A stretch of 64,000 nucleotides of DNA, taken from NCBI GenBank assembly GCA_002238785.1, contig MPNA01000007.1, positions 15,583 to 79,582 of the forward strand, written 5' to 3'. The position numbers and the translations under genes are program-made. Position 1 is the first letter of the stretch. Each line of letters opens with the position of its first letter. This document shows, one piece after another, positions 27,725-37,864 of this stretch. The DNA is from a bacterium OM1 bin76. Its GTDB lineage: Bacteria; Actinomycetota; Acidimicrobiia; Spongiisociales; ZC4RG35. The notes under the pieces are model-generated. The model had not been told where the DNA came from. It made no database searches and saw only the letters and a list, made by a program, of their open reading frames with translations.

Positions 27725-28908
27725 GCCACCTCGCTCCAGAAGGATGAGCCCTCCCCGAAGGCAGGAAGGCCGAACCCTTCGGTAATTGTCGCCGCCACGT
27801 CCGAGAACTGATTGCGTACCCCCAGGTCGGTTCCCGCTGCCTTGCGGCCCGCCACCAGCAGTGGGACGAACTCGCGGGTGTGGTCGGTGGAGTCGTCTGT
27901 GGGATCGGTGCCATGATCGGCGGTTATGAACAGCAGGTCCTGCTCTCCCAGGTTGTCCACCACCACGGGGATCCGGTCGTCGATCAAAGACAGTCCCTCG
28001 GCGTACCCGTGGGGATCCTGCCGATGTCCGTATCTCATGTCAAGGTCCACCAGGTTGGCGAAGATCAACCCGGTGCGGTTTCCTGCCACCATGCCTGACA
28101 GCGCGTCCTCGGTCTTTCGCAGGCCGTCGAGGTCCCCCTCGGTGTGCTCGCTTCTGGTCAGTCCGCGTCCGCAGAACAAGTCCTCGGTCTTGCCGACCCC
28201 CCACACCGTCATGCCGGCGTCGCAGACCCGATCCAGCAAGGTGGCAGATGGAGGAGGCATGGAGAAGTCCTTACGGTCGTAGGTGCGCTGAAAGCTACCC
28301 GGTTTCCCGACGAAGGGACGGGCAATCACCCGTCCGATCCGGCGCCGGTTGCAGTGGCGACGGGCTATGCGGCACAGGCGGTACAACTCGGAGAGGCTCA
28401 GAACCTCGTTGTGGCAGGCGATCTGGAAGACCGAATCGGCTGATGTGTAGAGAATCGGATGACCGGTGCGCAGGTGCTCGGCGCCCAGATCCTCGATGAT
28501 TACCGTTCCGGAGGCGGCGTAATTGCCGAGGAAGGGTCGTCCGAACTCGGCCTCGATGGGGGCGGTCAACTCGGCAGGGAATCCCTGGGGGAAGAGTCTG
28601 TGAGGTCGGGTGGTGCGCAGTCCGGCTATCTCCCAGTGGCCGGTGGTGGAGTCCTTGCCCACAGAGCTTGGGGTCATGCGCCCGAAGGCCATGGTGGGTT
28701 GGGGGGCAGGCGGCACTCCCCGCAGTTGGTGGAGGTTGCCCAGACCTGCTGCACCGAGGTTGGGGAGCCGAAGGCCTCCCACTGCCCGGGCCACGTTGCC
28801 CAGGGTGTCCGATCCGGTGTCCCCGTACCGGTCGGCGTCGGGGGCTTCGCCCGCCCCGCAGGAATCGAGCACTATCACCACCGCCCGCTCCAGGGGTGGG
28901 GTGCTCAC
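27721..28908 (-). CDS. deoB: Phosphopentomutase
   Basis: RAVVIVLDSCGAGEAPDADRYGDTGSDTLGN... (E. coli DeoB: IMVLDSFGIGA..) and a metal-binding ...ITADHGTDPT... motif. Likely GTG start at 28908, overlapping the ATL stop (GTGA). The upstream in-frame extension to 29034 is probably not translated. Confidence 0.85.
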   Translation of the reverse strand: MSTPPLERAVVIVLDSCGAGEAPDADRYGDTGSDTLGNVARAVGGLRLPNLGAAGLGNLHQLRGVPPAPQPTMAFGRMTPSSVGKDSTTGHWEIAGLRTTRPHRLFPQGFPAELTAPIEAEFGRPFLGNYAASGTVIIEDLGAEHLRTGHPILYTSADSVFQIACHNEVLSLSELYRLCRIARRHCNRRRIGRVIARPFVGKPGSFQRTYDRKDFSMPPPSATLLDRVCDAGMTVWGVGKTEDLFCGRGLTRSEHTEGDLDGLRKTEDALSGMVAGNRTGLIFANLVDLDMRYGHRQDPHGYAEGLSLIDDRIPVVVDNLGEQDLLFITADHGTDPTDDSTDHTREFVPLLVAGRKAAGTDLGVRNQFSDVAATITEGFGLPAFGEGSSFWSEVA

Positions 28909-29195
28909 GGCAGGGGACCCCCGGCCACCACCCTTCCATCCCTTACCGTCACCCCTTCCCGGGTGAGCTTGCGGACCTGCTCGGCGAGATTGGGGGCCAC
29001 CAACCGACCGTCGGCCCTGACCACCCTCCACCACGGGACCGGTTCGGCGGTGCCCTTCAACAGGTTGCCGACCGCCCGCGCCGCGCCCCGGTGGCCGGCG
29101 GCGGAGGCCAGTTCGCCGTAGCTGATCACCTCCCCCTCCCGCACGGCAGCCAGGATCTCCAGCACGGCCCCCTCGAAATCTGCCACCGGCGGCAT
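28905..29195 (-). CDS. Alkyltransferase-like protein (ATL; MGMT DNA-binding domain with Trp replacing the acceptor Cys)
   Basis: 97 aa from MPPVADFEGAVLEILAAVREGEVISYGELA...VPWWRVVRADGRL. The Ogt/MGMT active-site PCHRVV motif is here PWWRVV, as in ATL proteins. Starts 9 nt after the upp stop. Confidence 0.65.
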   Translation of the reverse strand: MPPVADFEGAVLEILAAVREGEVISYGELASAAGHRGAARAVGNLLKGTAEPVPWWRVVRADGRLVAPNLAEQVRKLTREGVTVRDGRVVAGGPLP

Positions 29196-29203
29196 CCGTG
29201 GTC

Positions 29204-29854
29204 TCAGTGGGGGGTTCCGAACAGCCGGTCGCCCATGTCGCCCAGGCCGGGGAGGATGTAGCTGTTGGGGTCGAGGCCGCGGTCGTGACCTGCCGTCAGC
29301 ACCGGTGTGTCGGGATGTCGCCGGGCCATGGTCTCCGCCCCGGGGGGACAGGTGACCATGCAAAGGCAGACGATGTCCTCACCCCCCGCTTCTTTGACCA
29401 GGTCAACCGCCTTGGCCAGGGATCCGCCCGTGGCCAACATGGGCTCCAGCACCAGCACCCGGGCGCCGGCCAGGTCAGGGAACTTGCTGTAGTAGCCCAC
29501 CGGTTGGACGGTCTCGGGGTCCCGCTGCAGCCCGACGTAGCCCACCGACGACTCCCCCAGGACGTCGAGGGCGCCGTCCAGCATGCCGACCCCGGCTCGC
29601 AGCACCGGCGCCAGCACGGTCGGCTTGCCCAACCGACCACCCATGAAGCCGCCTTCCATGGGGGTCTCGATCTCGACGGGCGCCACAGGCAGATCTGCCA
29701 CCGCCTCGGCGACCAGCAACCGGGTGATTCGGCGACTGGCGTCCCGGTACTCCCGCACCTCGGTCCGCCGGTCTCGCAGGACGGTCAGATAGTGCACCAC
29801 CAGGGGGTGATCCACCACTATGAGGGTGGCTGGTTGCATGTCGGAGGCTGTCAT
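29204..29854 (-). CDS. upp: Uracil phosphoribosyltransferase
   Basis: 216 aa: ...TLAPVLRAGVGMLDG..., VLVLEPMLATGGS... (PRPP-binding) ...YILPGLGDMGDRLFGT. Confidence 0.9.
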   Translation of the reverse strand: MTASDMQPATLIVVDHPLVVHYLTVLRDRRTEVREYRDASRRITRLLVAEAVADLPVAPVEIETPMEGGFMGGRLGKPTVLAPVLRAGVGMLDGALDVLGESSVGYVGLQRDPETVQPVGYYSKFPDLAGARVLVLEPMLATGGSLAKAVDLVKEAGGEDIVCLCMVTCPPGAETMARRHPDTPVLTAGHDRGLDPNSYILPGLGDMGDRLFGTPH

Positions 29855-29865
29855 GCCTTTAAACC

Positions 29866-32625
29866 TTATCCGGTGTTACGCATCCCCGCCGCGATTCCGT
29901 TGACGGTTATCAACAGGGCGCGCTGCAAGAGGGGATCGAAGGAATCTGCGGAGCGGGACCTCTTGAGGAGCGACACCTGCAGGAAGTTGAGCGGATCCAG
30001 GTAGATGTCACGGACTTCCAGGGTACGGCGCAGCACCGGGCTGGAGTGAAGCAGTGGTCCGCCGGTGAGCCGCGCCACCTCGCGGCAGGTGAGGTGGTAC
30101 TCCTCGGCGATGGTGGCGAAGATGTGATGGTGGCCGGGATCGACCAGTTCGCAGACGTAGCGGGTGGCGATGTCCAGATCGGTCTTGAACAGAGTCATCT
30201 CCACGTTGGAGACGAACGTGTCCAGAAAGGACCACTTGCGAAAGGCCTGTTCGAGGATGCCGCCCAGGCCGGCTCGGCGGGCGGCAGCCAGACCCGACCC
30301 GAGTCCGTACCAACCCGGGATCACCTGCCGGGACTGGGTCCACCCGAACACCCAGGGAATGGCTCTCATGCTCTCCAGTTCCGCTTTCTGCCCGCCCGGT
30401 CGGCGGGCCGGGCGGGAACCGATGTTCAGATAGGCCAACTCCTCCACCGGGGTGGAGGAGAGAAAGTACTCCACCAGCCCATCGGTCTCCATCAGGCGGC
30501 GATAGGAATCGAAGCTGGCTTCCGACACCACGTCCATGGCGTGATACCACGTCTGGTGCTCGGCTTCGCCGTGATGGGGGACGCGATGCAGAAGCGAAGA
30601 CTCCAACACCGAGGACAGCCCCAACTCCAGGTTGCGGTCCGCCAAAGCCGCAAGCCCGTACTTGTCGGAGATGACCTCGCCCTGCTCGGTGACCTTCACG
30701 GTCCCGTTCACCGTGCCGGCGGGTTGGGCCAGTATCGCCCGGTGAGTGGGGCCACCCCCCCGGCCCACCGTTCCTCCCCGCCCGTGGAAGAGCAACAGTC
30801 GGACTCCGTGCCGCTGGGTGACTTCCAACAGCTTCTGTTGGGCCTGGTAGATCTCCCACTGGGAGGTGGTGATACCCCCGTGCTTGCTGGAATCGGAATA
30901 GCCCAGCATGACCTCCTGGTAGTCGCCTCGCAGGGCTACCAGCCGCCGGTAGCCCTCATCGGAGAGCAGTCGGTCCACAATCTGGGGAGCGGCCCGCAAC
31001 TCGGTGATGGTCTCCAACAGGGGGACGAATCCCATCCGGGCGACCCCTCGGTGCAGGTCCACCAGGCCTGCCTCCCGGGCGAGGGCGGCGGCAGCCAGGA
31101 TGTCGTCGGCGCCCCGGGTCATCGAGACGATGTAGCTTTCGATGACCTCCGGTCCGAACCGATCCAGCGCCTTGCGGATGGTGTGGAAGGTCTCCACCAC
31201 CGTGTCTTCAGGCTGGCCCAACTTGGTGGCCACCGTGGACAGGGGGCGGGGACTTACCAATTCCTGGGACAGGAGCGCCGCCCGTGACTCCCGGTCCAGG
31301 GACGGGTAGTTGATGGAGAGGGGCTCATAGAGCTTGGAAAGCGCCATGTGATGATGCCCGGCGTGTTCCCGGACGTCCATCACGGCCAGGCAGAAACCGA
31401 AGGTCACCACATTGCGCGTCAGGCGGGCCAGAGCCCCTTCGGCGATCAACTCTCCGGCGTTGTCTCGCAACGAGGACTCCATCAACCGCAATTCATCCAA
31501 CAGCTCCCGGGGGTGGGAGTAGTCGGCGTCGGGGACATGCTTGGAGCCGTCCTCCAATCGTTTGAGAGTGTTCCGCAGGCGCTGGTGGATGAACGCCAGC
31601 TTCAGCCGGTAGGGCTCGGTGGCGTTGAGCCGCTTCCACCGCTCCCAGATATGGGGCAGGATGACCTTGTCGCGCTCCAAGGCCGTCACCAGTTCCTCGG
31701 AGACCTTCTGGATGAGGCTGGACACGGAAAGTTCAGAGGCCAGTTTCTCCACGGCGGTGACCAGGTTTCTCAAACCCTGGCGGTGTTGCCGCTCCAGCAC
31801 TTCCAAGGTCACTTCCGCGGTGATGTTGGGGTTTCCGTCGCGGTCTCCGCCCACCCAGGTTCCGAACCGGATGGGTGGGCGACCGTGGTTCTCTATGCCC
31901 AGGCGGGAGAATTGGTGATGGATCTTCTCACCCAGGTCCGGCATCACCTCCCCGAACAGGTCGTTGAGATAGAAGAGCACCGCTCCCGCCTCGTCCTGGG
32001 GAAGCGGCCTGACCCCCCGCAACTCGTCGGTCTGCCACATCTGGTCGATCAACTCGGCGGTGCGGCGGTCCAGCAGGAATTGCTGAGAGGCGGTGGCGCG
32101 CGGATCGTTGCGCTCCGCCAGAAGTTCGGAGAGGGCCTTCTGCTTGGTGAGCAGGCTTCGGCGGGCCGCCTCGGTGGGATGGGCGGTGAAGACCGGCCGC
32201 CATTCCAAACGCCCGGCGACCTCCTGTATCAGCGACGATTCACAGTTGCTCTCCAGGATCCGGTCCACGGTCCTCTCCAGCAGCCGGTCGTCGTCCCGCG
32301 ATGTCAGGTCGTCGATCCGGTGAACCTGTTCGGCCACGTTGGCCAGGTAGAAGTAGATGCTGAAGGCCCGGGCCAGATTGATGGCTTCGGGCAGCCCCAA
32401 ACCGGCCAGCAGTTGATCGAGTTGCTGACCTGCCTCGGTCTCCTCCCGGTATCGGATGGCCTTGGTCACCGCCCTGACCTGCTCGACGATGTCCAGCAGG
32501 TCCTCGCCGTGCTGGCGCACCAGGGTGTCCCCCAGTTGATGGCCCAGCCGGCGGATGTCTCTTCTGAGCAACATGCTCCGCTCATCCCGCTGCGGGTAGC
32601 TGGGAACCGGAGCCCGGCCTTCCAC
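29866..32625 (-). CDS. ppc: Phosphoenolpyruvate carboxylase
   Basis: 919 aa with PEPC signatures: ...VFTAHPTE..., ...GYSDSSKHGG..., FHGRGGTVGRGGGP... and a C-terminal ...NTG. Confidence 0.9.
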   Translation of the reverse strand: MEGRAPVPSYPQRDERSMLLRRDIRRLGHQLGDTLVRQHGEDLLDIVEQVRAVTKAIRYREETEAGQQLDQLLAGLGLPEAINLARAFSIYFYLANVAEQVHRIDDLTSRDDDRLLERTVDRILESNCESSLIQEVAGRLEWRPVFTAHPTEAARRSLLTKQKALSELLAERNDPRATASQQFLLDRRTAELIDQMWQTDELRGVRPLPQDEAGAVLFYLNDLFGEVMPDLGEKIHHQFSRLGIENHGRPPIRFGTWVGGDRDGNPNITAEVTLEVLERQHRQGLRNLVTAVEKLASELSVSSLIQKVSEELVTALERDKVILPHIWERWKRLNATEPYRLKLAFIHQRLRNTLKRLEDGSKHVPDADYSHPRELLDELRLMESSLRDNAGELIAEGALARLTRNVVTFGFCLAVMDVREHAGHHHMALSKLYEPLSINYPSLDRESRAALLSQELVSPRPLSTVATKLGQPEDTVVETFHTIRKALDRFGPEVIESYIVSMTRGADDILAAAALAREAGLVDLHRGVARMGFVPLLETITELRAAPQIVDRLLSDEGYRRLVALRGDYQEVMLGYSDSSKHGGITTSQWEIYQAQQKLLEVTQRHGVRLLLFHGRGGTVGRGGGPTHRAILAQPAGTVNGTVKVTEQGEVISDKYGLAALADRNLELGLSSVLESSLLHRVPHHGEAEHQTWYHAMDVVSEASFDSYRRLMETDGLVEYFLSSTPVEELAYLNIGSRPARRPGGQKAELESMRAIPWVFGWTQSRQVIPGWYGLGSGLAAARRAGLGGILEQAFRKWSFLDTFVSNVEMTLFKTDLDIATRYVCELVDPGHHHIFATIAEEYHLTCREVARLTGGPLLHSSPVLRRTLEVRDIYLDPLNFLQVSLLKRSRSADSFDPLLQRALLITVNGIAAGMRNTG

Positions 32626-32645
32626 TCTGGGTTCGAAAAGGTGGT

Positions 32646-32879
32646 CTAGAGGCGAACCGCCGGACAGGTGAGAGTGCGGGTTATCCCCTGCAGCATCTGG
32701 ATTTCGGACACCACCAGCCGTCCCAGCGCATCCATGTTGGGCGCCTGCACCTTGACGATCACGTCGTAGGGGCCGGTTACGTTATCGGCCTCCTCGACGC
32801 CCGCGATGGAGCGCACATTCTGCGCTACCTGCTGGGCTTTACCTACATCGGTCTGTATCAGTATGTACGCGGTGGCCAC
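32646..32879 (-). CDS. Stand-alone Lrp/AsnC ligand-binding (RAM) domain protein
   Basis: 77 aa: MATAYILIQTDVGKAQQVAQNVRSIAGVEEADNVTGPYDVIVKVQAPNMDALGRLVVSEIQMLQGITRTLT, a RAM-domain pattern without an HTH. Confidence 0.6.
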   Translation of the reverse strand: MATAYILIQTDVGKAQQVAQNVRSIAGVEEADNVTGPYDVIVKVQAPNMDALGRLVVSEIQMLQGITRTLTCPAVRL

Positions 32880-32896
32880 TATTCCTCCTCCAAAGA

Positions 32897-33109
32897 TCAG
32901 TATCCGTCCTGACCCATCCTCACGGTATGGGCGAAAGAGTGCTCTCCCTCTCTTTCGGTTTCAAATACAATCCGCTGTCCCTGTCGGAGAAAGCGAAAGA
33001 TGGAGCCTTGCAGCGAGCCCGGTCTGAGCAGGACCGCACTCCGGTCGTCGTCACAAATGATCACTCCGACCCCGGTCTGCGGATCGTAGGTCTTGACGAC
33101 TCCCTGCAC
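32897..33109 (-). CDS. Cold-shock-domain-like small protein
   Basis: MQGVVKTYDPQTGVGVIICDDDRS... resembles CspA MxGTVKWFNAEKGFGFI. Confidence 0.5.
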   Translation of the reverse strand: MQGVVKTYDPQTGVGVIICDDDRSAVLLRPGSLQGSIFRFLRQGQRIVFETEREGEHSFAHTVRMGQDGY

Positions 33110-33112
33110 TAC

Positions 33113-33301
33113 TTAGACCTTTTCCACCTTGCCTGCCTTGATACAAGAGGTGCATACCCGGGCCCGACGGGTATTGGACCCCCGGCGGACCCGAACACGC
33201 TGTATGTTGGGACGCCACCGACGGTTGTTTCTTTTGTGAGAAAAGGTCACGGTCTTTCCGAAAGACGGTTTGCGCCCGCAGACCTCGCATTGGTACGCCA
33301 T
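33113..33301 (-). CDS. rpmB: 50S ribosomal protein L28
   Basis: [59 protein letters not shown]. The longer ORF 33113..33646 is an upstream read-through artefact. Confidence 0.9.
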   Translation of the reverse strand: MAYQCEVCGRKPSFGKTVTFSHKRNNRRWRPNIQRVRVRRGSNTRRARVCTSCIKAGKVEKV

Positions 33302-33363
33302 GGATTTCCTCCTGAGTGGAAGAATAGTAAACCTACCAACCAGATAACCAACCGGACTGAACA

Positions 33364-35643
33364 GTGAGCGCACCCGGACCCCCCAGGCAGTCCCCGCCCA
33401 CGCCGTCAGCGGCGGCGGCGGGCCGAAGTCTTGCCTATCTGCACGGGGTCGGCGTGGAACGGGTCCGCTACATCGGTCCGCAACAGGCTTACGTCCTGGC
33501 GAAGGGAGGCATCGAATCGGTTGCCGACCTGTTGCAGCATTTCCCCCATCGATACATGGACCGGACCCTGGTGGTTCCGATCGCCGAGCTTCCCGTGGGC
33601 GAGGAGGTGACCTTGTTCGCGGAGGTGTTGAGGACATATCGGCCACGGTCGGCAGGTCGACGGGGACCCAGGGAGATCCTGAAAGTCACCGTGGCGGACC
33701 CCGATTCGGGAGGGCGGGGGTCCGATCGGGTGTTGCTGGCAGGACCCAGGATGGAGATCACCTTCTTCAACCAGCCCTACCGCAGCCGCCAACTGCAGCC
33801 GGGCACCGTCGCCGCCTTCTCGGGCAAGGTCAGTCTCTTCAGGGCCCGTCCCCAGATGACCAATCCCGATGTGGAGGTGATGTCCTCCGGAGAGGAGGAG
33901 TTTGCCGGGAAGGTGGTCCCGGTGCACTCTGCGGTGGGGGACTTGACGCCTTCCAGAGTCCGGTTGGCCATGCAAAACGCCCTCAACCGGGCCCGCCCGA
34001 TCTCCGACCCGGTCCCCGGTTCGATCGTCAGGAAGAACCGGTTGATGGACCGGGACCGGGCGTTTGCCAACATCCACTTCCCCCAGAGCCTGGACCTGGC
34101 TGAAAGGGCCCGCAGGCGGTTGGTGTTCGACGAACTGTTCAGGATCCAGTTGGCCCTGGCGTTGATCCGCCATCGCCTGGTGGAGGAGCAGGAGGGGGTC
34201 TCCCAGGAGGTCCATTGTCCCGTGGTGGCCACTTTCGTGGGCGGCCTTCCCTACGACCTGACAGGCGCCCAGAAACGGGTGATCGAGGAGATAGCCCGGG
34301 ATATGGCCGGGCCTCGCCCGATGCACCGGATGCTGCAGGGAGAGGTGGGGTCGGGCAAGACGGTGGTGGCCCTGGTCGCCTTGCTGGCCGCGGTGGGATC
34401 GGGGCACCAGGCTGCCATCATGGCGCCCACCGAGGTGCTGGCCGAGCAACTCTACATGGTGCTTCGGGAGATGCTCAGCCATGCCGGGCTGTCACCACCG
34501 GTGGCCCGCGCCCTGGGACCTGGCCAGCAGATGGGCTCGCTCTTCCAATCCGCGTCGGAGGTCACGGTGCGGGTGGCGCTTCTCACCTCCTCGCGGGCTT
34601 CGGCCAACTTCCTGGACTCTCCCGGCCGAGCGAGGGTCAAGGAGGCGGTGGCGACCGGTGAGGCCCAGATCGTGGTGGGTACTCACTCACTGATACAAGA
34701 GGGGATCACCTTCGATCGGCTGGGACTGGCGGTGGTTGACGAGCAGCATCGGTTCGGAGTGTCACAGCGCAACACGCTCAAGTACAAGGCGGCGGGATGG
34801 CAGCCGGATCTGCTGATAATGACCGCCACTCCCATTCCCAGGACCCTGTCAATGACCCTTTACGGGGATCTGGCGCTCTCCTACATAGATGAAATGCCGC
34901 CGGGACGTTCCCCGGTGAAGACCCGGGTTGTCCAGAACTCCCCTGAGGGCCTCAGCAGGGCGTATCAGGTGATCAGAGACGAGGTCCGCAAGGGCCGGCA
35001 GGCGTTTGTGATCTGCCCGCTGATCGACGACAGCGACAAGCTGGAGGTCAGTTCGGTTGCCTCCCAGCACCGCCAGATCCGATCGGTGTTCGGGGACCTC
35101 GTGGTCGACAGGATGCATGGGCAACTGTCCAGCGCGGCCAAGGAGGAGGTGATGGCCAGGTTCCGCGCCGGGGAGACCGACATCTTGGTGAGCACCACCG
35201 TCATCGAGGTGGGAATCGACATCCCCAATGCAACCGTGATGCTGATCATCGACGCCCAGCGTTTCGGGCTCTCCCAACTCCATCAGTTGCGGGGTCGGGT
35301 GGGTAGGGGTAGACACCCGGGCCATTGCCTGCTGGTGGCAGAACCCGCCACCCCGGCTTCCGAACGACGGATGAAGGCGATGGCCCGTACCACCAACGGC
35401 TTGGAATTGGCGGAGGAGGATCTGAGAATCCGGGGGCAGGGGACAGTGTTCGGCGCCCGTCAGTCGGGGATGGGGGACCTGAAACTGGCCGACATCCTCC
35501 GAGACCGTGGCGCTTTGAACCGGGCCCGGCAAACCGCCACGGAACTGATCCGGTCGGATCCCGGCCTTCGACGGCATCCCGACCTGGGAGAGGAACTCCG
35601 CACCATCCTGGGTGATGACGTGAAGTGGCTGTTCGACTCATGA
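33364..35643 (+). CDS. recG: ATP-dependent DNA helicase RecG
   Basis: Wedge domain plus helicase motifs: [12 protein letters not shown] (Walker A), [10 protein letters not shown] (DEQH), [18 protein letters not shown]. 759 aa. Confidence 0.9.
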   Translation: MSAPGPPRQSPPTPSAAAAGRSLAYLHGVGVERVRYIGPQQAYVLAKGGIESVADLLQHFPHRYMDRTLVVPIAELPVGEEVTLFAEVLRTYRPRSAGRRGPREILKVTVADPDSGGRGSDRVLLAGPRMEITFFNQPYRSRQLQPGTVAAFSGKVSLFRARPQMTNPDVEVMSSGEEEFAGKVVPVHSAVGDLTPSRVRLAMQNALNRARPISDPVPGSIVRKNRLMDRDRAFANIHFPQSLDLAERARRRLVFDELFRIQLALALIRHRLVEEQEGVSQEVHCPVVATFVGGLPYDLTGAQKRVIEEIARDMAGPRPMHRMLQGEVGSGKTVVALVALLAAVGSGHQAAIMAPTEVLAEQLYMVLREMLSHAGLSPPVARALGPGQQMGSLFQSASEVTVRVALLTSSRASANFLDSPGRARVKEAVATGEAQIVVGTHSLIQEGITFDRLGLAVVDEQHRFGVSQRNTLKYKAAGWQPDLLIMTATPIPRTLSMTLYGDLALSYIDEMPPGRSPVKTRVVQNSPEGLSRAYQVIRDEVRKGRQAFVICPLIDDSDKLEVSSVASQHRQIRSVFGDLVVDRMHGQLSSAAKEEVMARFRAGETDILVSTTVIEVGIDIPNATVMLIIDAQRFGLSQLHQLRGRVGRGRHPGHCLLVAEPATPASERRMKAMARTTNGLELAEEDLRIRGQGTVFGARQSGMGDLKLADILRDRGALNRARQTATELIRSDPGLRRHPDLGEELRTILGDDVKWLFDS

Positions 35644-36185
35644 GAGTGATCGCCGGTCAGTACCGCGGATTGCGCATCCGGGCTCCCCGCGGGCCGGGGA
35701 CCCGACCGGCCACCGGCCGGGTGCGGGAATCGGTCTTCTCGGCGCTGGGTTCCGTGGTGGTGGGGGCTCGGGTGCTGGACCTCTACGCCGGTTCCGGGAG
35801 CTTTGGGATCGAGTCGTTGAGCAGGGGGGGAAGGTCGGCGTTGTTCGTCGAACGGTCCCGTCCGGCGTTGGCGGCGCTGCGGTCCAACCTCCAGTTCATG
35901 GGGATCGGTGACCGGGCGGAGGTGGCCGCCACCAGTGTGGAGAGGTTCGTGACGCGAGGGGAGGGAGGGCGCCGGTTCGATATAGTCTTCGCGGACCCCC
36001 CTTGGGATATATCATCAGAGACACTGGCGGGGATACTCGTTTTGGTTTCCCGCTGGATGAACCCGGACGCTGTGGCAATCGTCACCCGGAGAGCGGGCGA
36101 CGATGTTCCGGCGGTCAGCGGGATGGAGGTTGCCGATCAGCGTCGTCATGGTGATGCCGAAGTTATCAGATACAGCAGAGAGTGA
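35637..36185 (+). CDS. rsmD: 16S rRNA (guanine966-N2)-methyltransferase
   Basis: [36 protein letters not shown]...LDLYAGSGSFGIESLSRG...FADPPW, RsmD motifs. GTG 35625 is an alternative start. Confidence 0.85.
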   Translation, partial: LMRVIAGQYRGLRIRAPRGPGTRPATGRVRESVFSALGSVVVGARVLDLYAGSGSFGIESLSRGGRSALFVERSRPALAALRSNLQFMGIGDRAEVAATSVERFVTRGEGGRRFDIVFADPPWDISSETLAGILVLVSRWMNPDAVAIVTRRAGDDVPAVSGMEVADQRRHGDAEVIRYSRE

Positions 36186-36188
36186 AGG

Positions 36189-36665
36189 ATGACCGTCGCT
36201 CTCTGCCCGGGAAGTTTCGATCCGCCCACCAGCGGACACCTGGATGTGATTCGCAGGTGCGCCCGCCTCTTTGAGAGGGTGGTGGTGGGGGTGGTGATCA
36301 ACCCTTCCAAGCAGTCCCTCTTCAGCCTCGAGGAGAGAGTGGGTTTTTTGAAGGCAGCCGTTGCGGACCTGCCGCAAGTGGTGGTCCGTCACCATCAGGG
36401 CCTGCTGGTGGACTTCGCCCGCCGTGAGGGAGCACAGGTGCTGGTGAAGGGTTTGCGGGCGGTGAGCGACTTCGACAGCGAGTTGCAGATGGCCCAGATG
36501 AACCAGACCGTGGGGGGGATAGAGACGATGTTCATGCCAACCAGTCCCGCCTGGAGTTTTCTTTCCTCTTCCCTGATCCGCGAGGTTGCCTCTCTGGGAG
36601 GGTCCGTGGCTGGTCTGGTTCCCGACAGTGTCGCCGAAGCAATGAAGGAGCGCTTCCATGAGTGA
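36189..36665 (+). CDS. coaD: Phosphopantetheine adenylyltransferase
   Basis: ALCPGSFDPPTSGHLDVIRR..., VKGLRAVSDFDSELQMAQMN..., ...SSSLIRE. 158 aa. Confidence 0.9.
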   Translation: MTVALCPGSFDPPTSGHLDVIRRCARLFERVVVGVVINPSKQSLFSLEERVGFLKAAVADLPQVVVRHHQGLLVDFARREGAQVLVKGLRAVSDFDSELQMAQMNQTVGGIETMFMPTSPAWSFLSSSLIREVASLGGSVAGLVPDSVAEAMKERFHE

Positions 36666-37191
36666 TGACCAAATCCCTCACCTCCAACAGTCCGAGGTGG
36701 TCCCAGTCCGTTCTTCGGTTGGCAGCTTGCTCGGGCTGGTGGAGGAGTTGATCGACGAGGTGCGCCATGCCCGTTCCCTCCCTCTCTCCCAGAATGCCCT
36801 GGTGGACCGGGACAAGATGCTGAACCGGCTCGAAGCCCTGCTGAGGGGCCTTCCCGACGAGTTGCGGGCGGCCCGCTGGATGGTCCGGGAACGGGAGAAC
36901 TTCATGCAGCGCGCCCAGGCACAGTCCGAGGAGATCGTGAACAGGGCCAGGTCGGAGGCCAGGCGCCTGGTCAGTCAGTCTCACATCTTGGAGGAGGCGG
37001 TTGCCGAAGCCAACGCCCTGGTGCGAAGAGCCGAAGGGGAAGCCCGGCGGACCCGCTTGGAGGCCGAGGACATGGCCGACGCGGTAATGGAGTCATTGGA
37101 GACACTGATCGGGGATCTGGCGGCAAGAGTGAGTTCCACCCGTTCCGACCTCCATCGGGCCAGGCCTGTGGATCCGCCGCCGCCCATCTGA
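36658..37191 (+). CDS. Conserved coiled-coil hypothetical protein
   Basis: 177 aa, rich in heptad-like Ala/Arg/Glu/Leu repeats. No catalytic motif recognised. Sits between coaD and the YceD-rpmF-plsX block. Confidence 0.4.
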   Translation: MSDDQIPHLQQSEVVPVRSSVGSLLGLVEELIDEVRHARSLPLSQNALVDRDKMLNRLEALLRGLPDELRAARWMVRERENFMQRAQAQSEEIVNRARSEARRLVSQSHILEEAVAEANALVRRAEGEARRTRLEAEDMADAVMESLETLIGDLAARVSSTRSDLHRARPVDPPPPI

Positions 37192-37676
37192 TGCGATCCC
37201 CCAGGAAAGTGGATGTCAGCCATTTTCTCAACGCACCGGGCCGCGGCGAGCGCCGGCGTTGGGTGATGCCTTTAATGGTGCAAATGCCATTGGCCGTCGC
37301 CGAAGAGGCCACCGTGGACATCTGGTTGGAGGGCAGCGATGACGGGATCCGCATCACGGGAACGGTCGCCACAGACGTCAACATGAGCTGTTACCGGTGT
37401 CTGGAGGGGTGGCGGAGCAAGAAGGTGATCCGCTTGGACCGCACGGTCAGGCGTCAACCCGATGGCGACGGTTACACCCTTGCGGAGGACGGTTTGCTGC
37501 AGTTGGATGGGATTGTGATCGATGAGGTGGTACTCTCATTGCCGACCGCGCCATTGTGTGATGAGGATTGCCGAGGCATCTGCTCCGGATGCGGGGTCCA
37601 CTTGAACGCAGAGGCATGCGGGTGTGTCGACGAAGACCGGCAGTCTCCGTTCTCTGTCTTGTCCGAATTGCTATAG
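37191..37676 (+). CDS. yceD: YceD/DUF177 family protein (large-subunit rRNA accumulation protein)
   Basis: 161 aa with C-terminal Cys pairs (CDEDCRGICSGCGVHLNAEACGC). Conserved position directly upstream of rpmF. Confidence 0.7.
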   Translation: MRSPRKVDVSHFLNAPGRGERRRWVMPLMVQMPLAVAEEATVDIWLEGSDDGIRITGTVATDVNMSCYRCLEGWRSKKVIRLDRTVRRQPDGDGYTLAEDGLLQLDGIVIDEVVLSLPTAPLCDEDCRGICSGCGVHLNAEACGCVDEDRQSPFSVLSELL

Positions 37677-37687
37677 GAGAGTCGCCA

Positions 37688-37864
37688 ATGGCTGTTCCCA
37701 AGAAAAAAAGCTCCAAGATGCGCACCAGGCAAAGAAAAGCGGCGTGGAAAGTCAATCCTCCCACCGTTTCCAAGTGCCCGCGATGTCATGCTCCACAGAT
37801 TCCACATAGGGCTTGTCCGGAGTGTGGTAACTATCGAGGACGTGAAATAGTCGAAATCGAGTAG
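37688..37864 (+). CDS. rpmF: 50S ribosomal protein L32
   Basis: MAVPKKKSSKMRTRQRKAAWKV...CPRCHAPQIPHRACPECGNYRGREIVE. Confidence 0.9.
   Translation: MAVPKKKSSKMRTRQRKAAWKVNPPTVSKCPRCHAPQIPHRACPECGNYRGREIVEIE

Noticed and set aside
33113-33646. 177-aa ORF extending rpmB upstream
   Set aside because: Only the last 61 aa match ribosomal protein L28. The N-terminal extension is Pro/Arg-rich nonsense with no start context. The call was trimmed to ATG at 33301.
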